Notes: generated from the letters alone by a model not told the origin. A DNA stretch of 64,000 bases from an uncultured Acidobacteriaceae bacterium (GCA_963838935.1 CAWITH010000035.1:84536-148535); one strand, 5' to 3'; counted from the first letter of the stretch, positions 45,764-55,334 are shown. Made by a program: numbers and translations.

Positions 45764-46870
45764 ATGATTCCACGACCTTCCACTTCCAAACTCCCCGCCG
45801 CTCTCGGCTACCGCATGCCCGCCGAATGGGAACCGCATGAATCGACGTGGCTCGCCTGGCCGCACCTGCGCGGCGACTGGCCGGGGAAGTTCGAACCCAT
45901 TCCGTGGGTCTACGCCGAGATCATCAGGAACCTGGCACGGCATGAACGGGTGGATCTGATCGTCAAGAGTGAGCGAGCGGAAAACAGCGCAAGAGCCGTG
46001 CTGGAACAGGCCGACGCGCTCCCTGACAACGTTTGTTTCCACCGCTGGCGCACCGACCGCGTCTGGACGCGCGATTCCGGCTGCATCTTTCTGGTTCCCT
46101 CCACCGGCCGCCGCAACCCACGGCTGCTCGCGCTGCATTTCCAGTTCAACGGCTGGGCGAAATATCCGAATTACCAGTTCGATGAAAAGATTGGCGGTCG
46201 CATGGCCAAGGCCGCCGGCGCGCGCGCGGTACGACCGGTCTCCGGCGATCCTTTCAATGAAGACCACCGCGTCGTTCTGGAAGGTGGATCGATCGACGTC
46301 AACGGCTGCGGCGCTTTGATCACTACCGAGGAATGCCTGCTCTCCACCACCCAGCAACGCAATCCGGCCATGGACCGCGCCGCCTACGAACAGATGTTTG
46401 CCGACTATCTTGGCGCACAGTCCGTCATCTGGCTCGATAGCGGAATCGCCGGCGACGACACGCACGGCCACGTCGACGACATTACGCGTTTTGTTGCTCC
46501 CAATACCCTGGTCGCGATGGTCGAGCAGAATGAGCAGAGCGAGAATTACGCGCCGCTCTATGCCAACCTAGGCCGCCTGAAAGCCGCCCGCACTGCCGAC
46601 GGACAGAAACTCGATATCGTCGAAATCCCTATGCCGCGTCCGGTCGTGTTCGAGGGCCGCCAGTTGCCCGCCAGCTATGCCAATTTCTATATAGCAAATG
46701 GCGCGGTGCTGGTGCCGGTCTTCAACGATCCGAACGATCGTATTGCGCTCAACACGTTGGCGGAATTGTTTCCCACACGCGAGATCGTGCCGATTTACTC
46801 GGGCGATTTGATCTGGGGGTTTGGTGCCCTGCACTGCATGACGCAGCAACAACCGGCGGTCGGCAGCTAG
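45764..46870 (+). CDS. aguA: agmatine deiminase
   Basis: PAD_porph family motifs WTRDSG, GGSIDVNGCGALITTEECLL, HGHVDD and the catalytic Cys in GALHCMTQQQP. Confidence 0.85.
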   Translation: MIPRPSTSKLPAALGYRMPAEWEPHESTWLAWPHLRGDWPGKFEPIPWVYAEIIRNLARHERVDLIVKSERAENSARAVLEQADALPDNVCFHRWRTDRVWTRDSGCIFLVPSTGRRNPRLLALHFQFNGWAKYPNYQFDEKIGGRMAKAAGARAVRPVSGDPFNEDHRVVLEGGSIDVNGCGALITTEECLLSTTQQRNPAMDRAAYEQMFADYLGAQSVIWLDSGIAGDDTHGHVDDITRFVAPNTLVAMVEQNEQSENYAPLYANLGRLKAARTADGQKLDIVEIPMPRPVVFEGRQLPASYANFYIANGAVLVPVFNDPNDRIALNTLAELFPTREIVPIYSGDLIWGFGALHCMTQQQPAVGS

Positions 46871-46898
46871 GCATCTGTGGGGCAACTAAAGTGGCGCA

Positions 46899-46927
46899 TA
46901 TACATTGTCATCATTTGATGCTATAAT
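46899..46927 (+). promoter_or_regulatory. promoter candidate for vapBC with overlapping palindrome
   Basis: TATACA-N17-TATAAT. CATCAtttGATG lies in the spacer, and AGGAG lies 5 nt before ATG 46946. Confidence 0.45.
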
Positions 46928-46945
46928 CGGTGCTTAGGAGTTTCC

Positions 46946-47143
46946 ATGAGAACGACTATTGCGCTGGATGATGAGCTGGTACGAATCGCCCAGATGTTCA
47001 CTGGGGTAGCGGAGAAGACAGCGCTGATTCGGGAAGCTCTCAAGGCCCTGATCGAGCGCGAAAGCGCGCGGAGACTGGCGTCCCTGGGAGGCACCATGCC
47101 GGGATTGAAGAATATTCCGCGGCGCAGGGGGGCGGCGAATTGA
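46946..47143 (+). CDS. vapB: type II antitoxin VapB (ribbon-helix-helix type)
   Basis: 65 aa, MRTTIALDDELVRIA...ALIREALKALIE. The stop overlaps the vapC start by 4 nt. Confidence 0.8.
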   Translation: MRTTIALDDELVRIAQMFTGVAEKTALIREALKALIERESARRLASLGGTMPGLKNIPRRRGAAN

Positions 47144-47517
47144 TTCTCGCCGATACCTCGGTTTGGATCGAACACTTCCGCTCCGGCAACCAGGAACTGC
47201 ACCAGCGGCTCAGTCAGGGGCAGATTGTGATCCATCCCTTCGTCATTGCCGAACTGGCGCTTGGATCGCTGAAAGAACGCTCCCGGACGCTTGCCTTGCT
47301 GGACCTTTTACCGTACGTGCGAGTGGCACAGCTGAACGAAATTCGAACCTTGATTGAGGCCCGTCATCTGTACGGCCTCGGCATCGGTCTGACCGACGCA
47401 CACCTGATCGCTTCGGTTCTCATCAATCCGCCCACGCGCTTGTGGACGAAAGATAAGCAACTGCGCAAAACCGCCGAGGCTCTCGGCATTCACGCCCGCC
47501 TACGCCGAGATCATTGA
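47140..47517 (+). CDS. vapC: PIN-domain ribonuclease toxin VapC
   Basis: 125 aa. N-terminal ILADTSVWIEHFR and conserved acidic residues (D5, E, D of TDAHL). Confidence 0.8.
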   Translation: MILADTSVWIEHFRSGNQELHQRLSQGQIVIHPFVIAELALGSLKERSRTLALLDLLPYVRVAQLNEIRTLIEARHLYGLGIGLTDAHLIASVLINPPTRLWTKDKQLRKTAEALGIHARLRRDH

Positions 47518-47592
47518 CCTCCGTATTTCTGTCGCCCCCTCCGGGGCGGTTGATCCGAGCCGTCCCTACGTAGATCATTTACACTTCTACCC

Positions 47593-48837
47593 GTGAACGC
47601 CGAGATCATCGCGGTTGGGTCTGAGTTGCTGACTCCCCACCGCCAGGACACCAACTCGCTCTACCTCACCGAAAAATTGAATGACCTTGGCGTTGAAGTG
47701 CGCTTCAAGTGCATCGTGGGCGACGACCTTGAAGGGCTGACCGCGGCCGCCAAACTCGCCATGCGCCGGTCGGACATCATTATTTTCACCGGTGGCCTCG
47801 GTCCCACCGAAGATGACCTGACGCGCGAAGCAGTGGCCGAAGGCCTCGGCCTGAAACTGCAATGCGATCCGGAGGTCATGGGGAAGATCGAAGCACGCTT
47901 CGCCAAGCGCGGCATGAAGATGACGGCCAACAATGCCAAGCAGGCCGACATCCTGACCAGCGCCGCCGTATTGCCGAACATGCTCGGCACCGCGCCCGGC
48001 CAGTGGATTGCCGGCAAGTATGACGGGCAGGAGCGGCTGCTGATGCTGCTTCCCGGCCCTCCCTATGAACTGAAAGCGCTGTTCGAAACCGAATGCATCC
48101 CGCGACTGCGCGCCCGAATCCCCGTGCAGCACATCGCCACGCGCACGCTCAAGATGGCGATGATGCCGGAATCGCAGGTGGACGCGCGGGTCGCGCCGAT
48201 CTACAAAACTTATAGTGACGTCGAGACCACGATCCTGGCGGGCCGGGGCGAGATTCAACTCCACCTGCGCTGCCGCAAGGATTCGCAAGCGGATGCTGAG
48301 GCGCGCGTCCAGGAGCTTGCCGACAAAATCGAGGACGAACTCGGCGACGCCATTTTTTCCCGCAAAGGCGAAACCATCGAGCAGATCGTCAGCTATCTGC
48401 TGCAGATGCGCGGCATGACGCTGGCGGTGGCGGAATCCTGCACCGGCGGACTGCTGGCCGAGCGCATCACTACGCTCAGCGGCAGCTCACGCTATTTTCT
48501 CGGCGGCGCTGTGGTCTATTCGAACGAATTGAAAACGCAATTTGCCAATGTTCCCAAGCAGTTGATCGAAAAGCATGGAGCGGTCAGCCGCGAGGTGGCG
48601 ACTGCCATGGCTGAAGGCATCCGCAAGCGCTGCCTGTCGAGCTATGGAATCGGAATCACCGGAGTCGCCGGCCCGAGCGGCGGAACCGAGCAGAAGCCCG
48701 TCGGCCTGGTCTATATCGCGCTCGCGGGAGAAGAAGGCACACAGGTCGTGGAGCGCAATTTTCCCGGCGACCGCAAGCGCATCCGCCAGTTTGCCACGCA
48801 ACAGGCGCTGGAGATGATGCGCCGGGCGCTGTTGTAG
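47593..48837 (+). CDS. cinA: competence/damage-inducible protein CinA (MoCF-binding + PncC nicotinamide-nucleotide amidase domains)
   Basis: N-terminal AEIIAVGSELL...DTNS. The C-terminal domain carries LAVAESCTGGLLA. 414 aa. Confidence 0.85.
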   Translation: MNAEIIAVGSELLTPHRQDTNSLYLTEKLNDLGVEVRFKCIVGDDLEGLTAAAKLAMRRSDIIIFTGGLGPTEDDLTREAVAEGLGLKLQCDPEVMGKIEARFAKRGMKMTANNAKQADILTSAAVLPNMLGTAPGQWIAGKYDGQERLLMLLPGPPYELKALFETECIPRLRARIPVQHIATRTLKMAMMPESQVDARVAPIYKTYSDVETTILAGRGEIQLHLRCRKDSQADAEARVQELADKIEDELGDAIFSRKGETIEQIVSYLLQMRGMTLAVAESCTGGLLAERITTLSGSSRYFLGGAVVYSNELKTQFANVPKQLIEKHGAVSREVATAMAEGIRKRCLSSYGIGITGVAGPSGGTEQKPVGLVYIALAGEEGTQVVERNFPGDRKRIRQFATQQALEMMRRALL

Positions 48838-48854
48838 AGCGCTTATATTGATGT

Positions 48855-48904
48855 TGTGGTGACGGGGCTTTGCCCCGTGGACGGGCCTGAGGCCCGTCAC
48901 CACA
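48855..48904. repeat. compound hairpin element (GACGGGC family)
   Basis: Outer arms TGTGGTGACGGG / CCCGTCACCACA enclose two competing inner hairpins, ACGGGGCtttGCCCCGT and GACGGGCCtgaGGCCCGTC. Confidence 0.7.
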
Positions 48905-48915
48905 CAAACAGAACA

Positions 48916-49509
48916 ATGCGAATATTTGTCGGCATCGATCTAGACTCGGAAGTGCGCGGCCGGATCTCGCGCTTCCTCGAAGGCGTCGAGAGTTTTGCGC
49001 CCGAGGCGCGCTGGGCGCGGCCGGAGTCGCTGCACATTACATTGAAGTTCATTGGAGAGCAAACAGCGGAGCGGGTGGAGGCCATTGCACAGCATTTGCG
49101 GCGGGTAGGGGGCAGCCCGTTCGAAATTCGCTCCGCTGGATACGGATTCTTCCCCACGGCAAAGGCTCCACGCGTATTCTGGATCGGGATCCACGCCGGA
49201 CCGCAACTGGTCGAACTGGCCAGAAGCATCGACACAGCTACCGCCGAACTCGGCATTCCGCGCGAGGAACGGCCTTACAGTCCGCATCTGACGCTGGCGC
49301 GCGGCGGCGCCGGAAGAAGATCGGGCTCGCCGAATATACGCCAAGACGGCATCCCGAACACTATTTTCGCGGTGCTCGAAAAGCGGCTCGCCGCCATGGG
49401 CGAACTTGATTTCGGCACCATGACGGCCCACGAGTTTATTCTCTATCACAGCCAGCTTTCACCCGGAGGATCGAAGTACACGAAGTTGCAGCGCTTTCCG
49501 CTTCATTGA
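48916..49509 (+). CDS. thpR: RNA 2',3'-cyclic phosphodiesterase (2H family, LigT/ThpR)
   Basis: MRIFVGIDL start and two HxT/S motifs (LHITLKF, PHLTLAR). ATG 48916 is preferred to the longer ORF through the repeat. Confidence 0.8.
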   Translation: MRIFVGIDLDSEVRGRISRFLEGVESFAPEARWARPESLHITLKFIGEQTAERVEAIAQHLRRVGGSPFEIRSAGYGFFPTAKAPRVFWIGIHAGPQLVELARSIDTATAELGIPREERPYSPHLTLARGGAGRRSGSPNIRQDGIPNTIFAVLEKRLAAMGELDFGTMTAHEFILYHSQLSPGGSKYTKLQRFPLH

Positions 49510-49532
49510 AATAGTTAGCCTAAATCGACCCA

Positions 49533-50180
49533 ATGACCGCGATTCCCTACCTCATCACCGCCGCTGCAAGCTATCTGCTGGGATCCATCCCGTTCGGCTA
49601 TCTGCTCGTGCGAATCTTCAAGGGCGAGGACGTGCGCGCGAGCGGCAGCGGCAACATTGGCGCGACCAACGTGGCCCGCAGATCACCGGCACTTGGGGCC
49701 GCAACTCTGCTGCTCGACGCCGCTAAGGGCTTGGCAGCGGTCCTGGCGGCGCAGGTGCTGTTCGGCGGACCGCATCCGCAACTCATCATGACCACGGCGG
49801 CGTTCTTTGCCGTGCTTGGCCATTTGTTTCCGGTCTGGCTAAAATTTCGCGGCGGCAAGGGCGTCGCCACCAGCTTCGGAGCTTTTATCCTGCTCACCCC
49901 AAAATCCATTTTGTGTATGGTCGTTCTGTTCTTAATCCTGGCAGTCGCCTTCCGCTACGTTTCGCTCGGATCGGTCGCGGTAGCGGCGGCTTTTCCGCTG
50001 CTGGCGTGGGCCATGCACGAATACACTGACTCGCGGCAGCTGGTTTTGATCGCCGCCGTGGCGGCGCTCGTCATCTGGAGGCACCGCCAGAACATCGGCC
50101 GTCTCGCCAACGGAACGGAGTCCAAGTTCGGCACAAAATCAGGAGCGGAGTCCGACGCGTCAGGAGCAGGCGGCAAATGA
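49533..50180 (+). CDS. plsY: glycerol-3-phosphate acyltransferase PlsY
   Basis: Motifs GSGNIGATN and FRGGKGVAT, with multiple TM helices. Confidence 0.9.
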   Translation: MTAIPYLITAAASYLLGSIPFGYLLVRIFKGEDVRASGSGNIGATNVARRSPALGAATLLLDAAKGLAAVLAAQVLFGGPHPQLIMTTAAFFAVLGHLFPVWLKFRGGKGVATSFGAFILLTPKSILCMVVLFLILAVAFRYVSLGSVAVAAAFPLLAWAMHEYTDSRQLVLIAAVAALVIWRHRQNIGRLANGTESKFGTKSGAESDASGAGGK

Positions 50181-51201
50181 GCCACATTGCCATCATCGGC
50201 GGAGGCGCCTGGGGCACGGGACTGGCGATTGTCCTCGGACGCAAAGGGACGCCCGGTTTCCGGCACGAAGTCCGGCTCTGGGCCAACGAACCCGAAGTGG
50301 TGGAGAGCATCACCAGAGCGCACATCAACGAGCGCTTCCTGCCTGGGTTCATCCTGCCCGAATCGATTGCCGCGACCGGCGATCTCGCGACCGCGCTCGA
50401 AGCGGCGGAGATTGTGGTCAGCGTCATGCCCTCGCAGCATTGTCGAGACCTATTCGAACGCATGGCGCCGGCGCTCCACCCCGAGACGCTTTTTGTGAGT
50501 TGCACCAAGGGTCTGGAAGACGGAACTTTACTGCGCATGACCGAAGTGATCGCCGACGTCTTGCGCAACCGCAGGATCACGGCGCGGGTGGCGGCGCTCA
50601 GCGGCCCGTCATTCGCCAAAGAGGTAGCGCGCGGCGATCCGACGGCGGTTACCGTAGCCTCGATGGATGGAGGAGTGACGCGAGCCGTACAGCAGGCGTT
50701 CAACGATTCCCGTTTTCGCGTCTATACCAACGACGACGTGATAGGCGTCGAACTCGGCGGGGCGCTGAAAAACATTATCGCCATCGCAGCCGGCGTTTGC
50801 GATGGCCTGGGCCTCGGCCACAACTCGGTAGCCGCGCTGATCACGCGCGGCCTGGCCGAAGTGGCGCGCCTGGTGGTGGCCTGCGGCGGCCGCCTCGATA
50901 CCATGGCTGGACTCGCCGGACTGGGCGACCTGGTTCTGACCTGCACCGGAGACCTCTCGCGCAACCGCAGCGTCGGCGTTGAACTCGGCAAAGGCCGCAA
51001 ACTGCCCGACATCATCGCCGGCATGCACGGAGCCGTCGCCGAAGGAGTTTTCACCACCAAAGCCGCAGTCGGTTTAGCCCGCAAGAAAAACGTCGAGATG
51101 CCGATTACCGACAGATGTTCGCCATCCTTGAAAACGGCAAACCGCCGCAGCAGGCCATCGAAGAACTGATGACGCGCGCGGCAAGGTCCGAGATCTATTG
51201 A
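50177..51201 (+). CDS. gpsA: NAD(P)H-dependent glycerol-3-phosphate dehydrogenase (3' end frame-disrupted as assembled)
   Basis: IAIIGGGAWGTGLA and family-typical body. The assembled frame stops at 51169. After ~51110 the -1 frame encodes QMFAILENGKPPQQAIEELMTRAARSEIY with a stop at 51199-51201. Confidence 0.85.
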
Positions 51202-51348
51202 GTGTGGACTGAAGCAGGCCGCCGAAACCTGCGATCCGCCTGACTTTCGTCACCCCCCGACCATCACCTTCGGTAATCTCGCGGTCGCTCTCGGCGGCAA
51301 CTTCGCAGGAATCCCGGGGTTATGCTTTGGAGAGGGAGTTACTGACCC

Positions 51349-52041
51349 GTGCATCTGGGGGTAGCCGTGAATAGATTCTCGCTCAGACTGACGTTCCTGG
51401 CATTGCTCGCTTCCACCGCTTTCGCCCAACAAGCGCCGGAAAGCGCGCCCACGGCCGACACGGTCAACCGACAGCAGCAAACTACGGAGACAAAGAAGGT
51501 CGCGCCAAAGAAGAAAATCTATCACAATTCCGACTTAGCTTCTCCCGACACCAAGCCGGAGGCGGAGATCGCTGCGGCCAAGCCGGTCACAGGCAGCGCC
51601 GCCACCGTGAATGCCGCTCACTCCTCGACTCCCGTCGCTCCCGCAGCCAGTCGCTCCCAGAAAGCGAACCTTCCGAAAGCCGATACCATCCGTTCGTCGA
51701 TATTTGATTCTCCCAAAGACAACGCACCCGACGTCATCGTGGTTCCGGCAGGCACGAAGATCCAGGTGGACATCATCGACGGGAAGGTTACGGTACCGGT
51801 ACGGGTCGGATGGGCAACGCCAATCCCAGCCTCGTCGAAAGTGACAGTCGAGGTCTCCGTGCCTTACAGCCCGGTCTACTACGGACGGTACTACGACAAC
51901 CTGTATTCTGCGGAGGTCGCGCAACTCACGGCAGTGACGCTGGACGGCACAACTTACGAGCTGCAGACCGACCAGATTTCCGTGCTGCTCGGCTCCGAAG
52001 CGACTTTCACCTTGCTCGCCGACCTCACGCTGAAACCCTGA
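51349..52041 (+). CDS. secreted hypothetical protein
   Basis: Signal-peptide-like NRFSLRLTFLALLASTAFAQQ, a low-complexity Ala/Pro/Ser region, then a beta-rich C-terminus. No family call. Confidence 0.55.
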   Translation: MHLGVAVNRFSLRLTFLALLASTAFAQQAPESAPTADTVNRQQQTTETKKVAPKKKIYHNSDLASPDTKPEAEIAAAKPVTGSAATVNAAHSSTPVAPAASRSQKANLPKADTIRSSIFDSPKDNAPDVIVVPAGTKIQVDIIDGKVTVPVRVGWATPIPASSKVTVEVSVPYSPVYYGRYYDNLYSAEVAQLTAVTLDGTTYELQTDQISVLLGSEATFTLLADLTLKP

Positions 52042-52077
52042 GACGACTGCTGCCTCCCACTGCGGTAAAGATCTAAG

Positions 52078-52166
52078 TGGTGCCCGGAGACGGAATCGAA
52101 CCGTCACGTCCTGTTACGGACCCGGGATTTTAAGTCCCGTGCGTCTGCCAGTTTCGCCATCCGGGC
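52078..52166 (-). tRNA. tRNA-Leu (anticodon UAA), long variable arm, CCA encoded
   Basis: The minus strand reads GCCCGGATGGCGAAACTGGCAGACGCACGGGACTTAAAATCCCGGGTCCGTAACAGGACGTGACGGTTCGATTCCGTCTCCGGGCACCA. It has a 7-bp acceptor stem, anticodon loop CUUAAAA and a T-loop GTTCGATTC. Confidence 0.9.
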
Positions 52167-52287
52167 CACGCGGTGCCGCTACTGAATTCTACGATAACCG
52201 CCTGCGAGCTCCCGGAACATTCGATACAACTATTTAAGAGCTTCCGGGTTCCATAATATGTAGGGGTGTGATTACCGGGAGGATATC

Positions 52288-52911
52288 TTGAACGTATCGC
52301 ATTGGTTTCGTAAAGCAATTGGTTCCAGCTTGGCGGCGAAAACCGCTTTTTTGTCCCTGGCAGCTATGTTCGTGGTCGCGGGCGCAGCAGCAGTGGCGTG
52401 CGCCCAGAGTGGTGCCATGACTCCTTATCAGGGCGAATCGGACGGCGTGAGCGCCGGTGGCAAGTGGCTCGAGTTCGACTCCACCGACAAGATGACGGGG
52501 GCGAAAAAGGCGCGCTTTGAACTCCAGTCGGACAACTATTTTCGTGAGGACCCACAGTACAAGCCCAGAGTGAATCTGGTGTGCTATGACGGCAAGCTCA
52601 AGTTTGCCGACTTTAATCCCGGAGTCCGGCTGGCTCCGCCCAACCGCCCCGGCTTCTGGGGACAGCCGCAGTTGGAAGTGGAGGTCCGGGTTGACGATGT
52701 TCACTACCACAAAGGCTGGAACTGGGAGCGTGGCCGCTTCCTCTCCATGGACAAAGGCACCGTGCGGGGCCTGCTCGGGGCCACGGTTTTCAACGTGGAG
52801 CTCCCCACCCGGAGCGGCCGGCAGATCGCGGAGTTTTCTCCCAGCGGGCTGAATTTCGATCGAGTCAAGCAAGCCTGCGATCTGACGCCGAAAAAGCCGA
52901 GCAAAGACTAA
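52288..52911 (+). CDS. secreted hypothetical protein
   Basis: 207 aa with a signal/TM-like AAKTAFLSLAAMFVVAGAAAVACAQ and coding-like composition. Confidence 0.55.
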   Translation: MNVSHWFRKAIGSSLAAKTAFLSLAAMFVVAGAAAVACAQSGAMTPYQGESDGVSAGGKWLEFDSTDKMTGAKKARFELQSDNYFREDPQYKPRVNLVCYDGKLKFADFNPGVRLAPPNRPGFWGQPQLEVEVRVDDVHYHKGWNWERGRFLSMDKGTVRGLLGATVFNVELPTRSGRQIAEFSPSGLNFDRVKQACDLTPKKPSKD

Positions 52912-52970
52912 AGATTGAAGACTAGGCCTAGCGCCACGGACTTCGCACAGCCCAAGGAGGCGCAACGAGG

Positions 52971-53378
52971 GTGAAGCAGTCGCTTGCGATTGTCGTTGCG
53001 CTTGCCTTGTTTGAGGCCGCTCTGCCTGCAAAGGCCCAGGATCAACCATCCAAACTTGAGGTGTATGGCGGCTACTACTACGTGCGCTTTAATGTAAATG
53101 CCAACCTCCCTGGGGTCGCACCCTCGGCAACATACAACGGAAACGGTGGGGGCGGCCAGCTTGCGTACAACGCCAACCACTGGCTCGGTGTGGTGCGAAT
53201 CTGGAACCGGCGAAGAGGCAAGCCACACCGAACAAACCGCGCCAATGTCGGAGGAGCGTTTCCGAAGCTCTTTCCGCCAGCAGTAAACCGCCTTCGCTGC
53301 AGGATCTGGGTTTTCCGGCGGGGTAATCCAGGGAGACGCCTCGCTCAGACCCTCTCGATAAACGAACGCACATGCTGA
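52971..53378 (+). pseudogene. outer-membrane beta-barrel (porin-family) gene, only the N-terminal ~75 aa look intact
   Basis: Signal peptide plus LEVYGGYYYVRFN...NGNGGGGQLAYNANHWLGVV is typical of small OMP barrels. After ~53195 the frame becomes Arg-rich nonsense and no single alternative frame restores a barrel. Confidence 0.4.
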
Positions 53379-53778
53379 AGATCCATCAGCGGCTGGGTTT
53401 GATCACGACCATTCCGTTGATTGCCACCGTTGCCACTTCCCTCAACGCCGGAGGCAAGAACACCAGCACGACGTCGCGCGATCTGCATGCGGCTCTCGGC
53501 GGGGTGACCGGGGACTTGTACTTCATGACCGCGTACTATGCCATCTGCGCGCCCCGCGTGCCCGGGACCGAAACGCGCGGACCCATTCGCTTCCACAAAG
53601 CCATGGCCAGGATCATGGCCCCGGAATGATCCTGACGCCCATCCTGGGAGCCATCGCTTTCGATCAAAAGAGCAAAGGCGAAAAGGTCCACGGAATCGCC
53701 TCCGCCCATGGACCGGTGGCCATCGTGACCGCCGGGGCCTTTGGAGCATCTGTTCTGGCCGTAACCTTTAAGTGGTAA
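53372..53778 (+). pseudogene. four-TM histidine-rich membrane protein, frame-disrupted as assembled (possible b-type cytochrome-like partner of YceI)
   Basis: ORF 53372-53629 continues in the -1 frame as HGPGMILTPILGAIAFDQKSKGEKVHGIASAHGPVAIVTAGAFGASVLAVTFKW, with a stop at 53776-53778. Restoring one C at ATCAT (53612-53616) joins them. Confidence 0.45.
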
Positions 53779-53787
53779 GCCGCGTTT

Positions 53788-54327
53788 ATGAAAAGGAACA
53801 TTCTTCTGGCCTTCGCGCTTCTGGCACCGCCTGTGCTTGCCGCAGCGGACGGCCAGTGGGTTCTGGAACAGTGCACCCTCACCTACCATGTGTCCCATCC
53901 GCTGCATCAGAGCGAGGGGGTGAGCCACGCGGCTCGGGGCAAAGGAGTCTGCCACGCCGGACAATGCGATTTCCTGATCGCCGTGCCCGTCAAGTCGTTT
54001 GATTCCGGAGACAGTAACCGCGACCTTCATATGCTCCAGGTCACGCGCGGAGCAGAGTTCCCCATGGTGGTCGTACGAACCCGCCTGCCCGAATCGGATG
54101 CCACATCCGCAACCATCAGCGCCGATCTCGAAATTCAGTTTGCCGGACAGATTGCCCAGTACAAGCAGGTTCTGTTCAAACTGGCGACGCAGGGCGGCGA
54201 GACCCGCATTACAGGGACAATTCCAGCCACACTCGCTGATTTCAAAATCGACCCGCCATCGCTGCTGACCATGCCCGTCAAGAACGAGATTCCCATTCGC
54301 GTGGAAATGACCTGGCGCCCGCAGTGA
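53788..54327 (+). CDS. YceI-like periplasmic protein
   Basis: Signal peptide and the YceI motif KSFDSGDSNRDLHM. Confidence 0.8.
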   Translation: MKRNILLAFALLAPPVLAAADGQWVLEQCTLTYHVSHPLHQSEGVSHAARGKGVCHAGQCDFLIAVPVKSFDSGDSNRDLHMLQVTRGAEFPMVVVRTRLPESDATSATISADLEIQFAGQIAQYKQVLFKLATQGGETRITGTIPATLADFKIDPPSLLTMPVKNEIPIRVEMTWRPQ

Positions 54328-54382
54328 ATGCACGGTGCGCCGAAGCCACGAGTTTCCGTGGAAGGCCGGGCCCCAGGCAAGT

Positions 54383-54805
54383 TCAGATCGGCACTCTACC
54401 CAGGGCCACGATGAACTGGATGCCGTCAACGTGCCTGCCCTGGAGCCGTTCGTCATTGGTGACGAACAGATCCACGTTCGCGCTTGCGGCGCAAGCCAAC
54501 TGAATGGCGTCGGGAGCCTTAAGTGATCTCTCCGTTCGAAGCGCCGCATATACCTTGGCTGCTTTCACGTCGAAGGCGATCATGGTCGCGGCGGTTGAAA
54601 TTGCGCGTTCGTACTTTCTGCAGAGTTCAGTGTTGCTCCGCTCGGTGGGTTTCACCAGAATCTCACCCAGCGTGAGTGTGGATGTCAGCAGTTGATCGCC
54701 CCGGTCGAGCATCTTGGAACGAAGCTGCACCACGGCCTTGGAGAGCGCCCCATAGTCCTCGAACAGGTAAATGAAGAGGTTGGTGTCCCAGAAAACGCGA
54801 CTCAT
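54383..54805 (-). CDS. PIN-domain toxin (VapC-like)
   Basis: MSRVFWDTNLFIYLFED...LTLGEIL...DAIQLACA. ATG 54805 overlaps the upstream stop (ATGA). Confidence 0.8.
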   Translation of the reverse strand: MSRVFWDTNLFIYLFEDYGALSKAVVQLRSKMLDRGDQLLTSTLTLGEILVKPTERSNTELCRKYERAISTAATMIAFDVKAAKVYAALRTERSLKAPDAIQLACAASANVDLFVTNDERLQGRHVDGIQFIVALGRVPI

Positions 54806-55334
54806 TCCCAACCCTCACGCAAGCGACGTACATAATCATCCGCGTGCTCGTCCGCCCAGAGACCTTTTCCGGAGCCACGGAGAGCCATTAAGGGATCGTC
54901 TTCGACCGCTCGCTCTGCCGCTTTTGCGCACCAATCGCGATACCACGAGAGAGCTCCTTTAAACCAGTTTTCGGGCAGGTCTTCGGACTTAGGCGAAATC
55001 TTTCCTCCTTCTCGTTGCGGATGATAAGCATCGCCAGGACCGAAACAGAGCGGCGGCGTCCAGGTGAGGTTTCGAGAAGCATCCGGTAGCGTCCCGGGTT
55101 CGGAGGCCGATTGGCGACGCAATGCTGCACCACGTGGACATAGAATCCGGGCCGCAGTGGTCCCATAATTCTGAGTTCTTTCGCTGTGGCTGCGAATTCC
55201 ATGATTTCTTCGATGGAGAAATCCAGACACTCCGGGTGCCGCTGGTGAAGCATGAGGGTCGCGAGCCAAACCTCGTCGGCCACTTTGATGGCTGGCGCAA
55301 TCGTGCTCGGCTTGGTCGTCGCGGTCGTTGGCAT
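54802..55334 (-). CDS. putative cognate antitoxin, unusually long (~177 aa), frame-disrupted as assembled
   Basis: ORF 54888-55334 (N-terminal part) and ORF 54802-55269 (C-terminal part ending LWADEHADDYVRRLREGWE) join with a 1-nt correction in the CGG repeat at ~55045-55058. Confidence 0.5.

Noticed and set aside
29832-51115. Programmed ribosomal frameshifting in ileS, gpsA and the other split genes.
   Set aside because: There are no slippery heptamers or stimulatory structures at these sites. Shifts go in both directions, at short homopolymers, in unrelated genes. Only the IS3 orfA/orfB site (A-AAA-AAG) is a canonical recoding signal.
52167-53780. Genomic island integrated at tRNA-Leu.
   Set aside because: No integrase, direct repeat of the tRNA 3' end, or phage/ICE genes are present. 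The disrupted genes lie on the 5' side of the tRNA.
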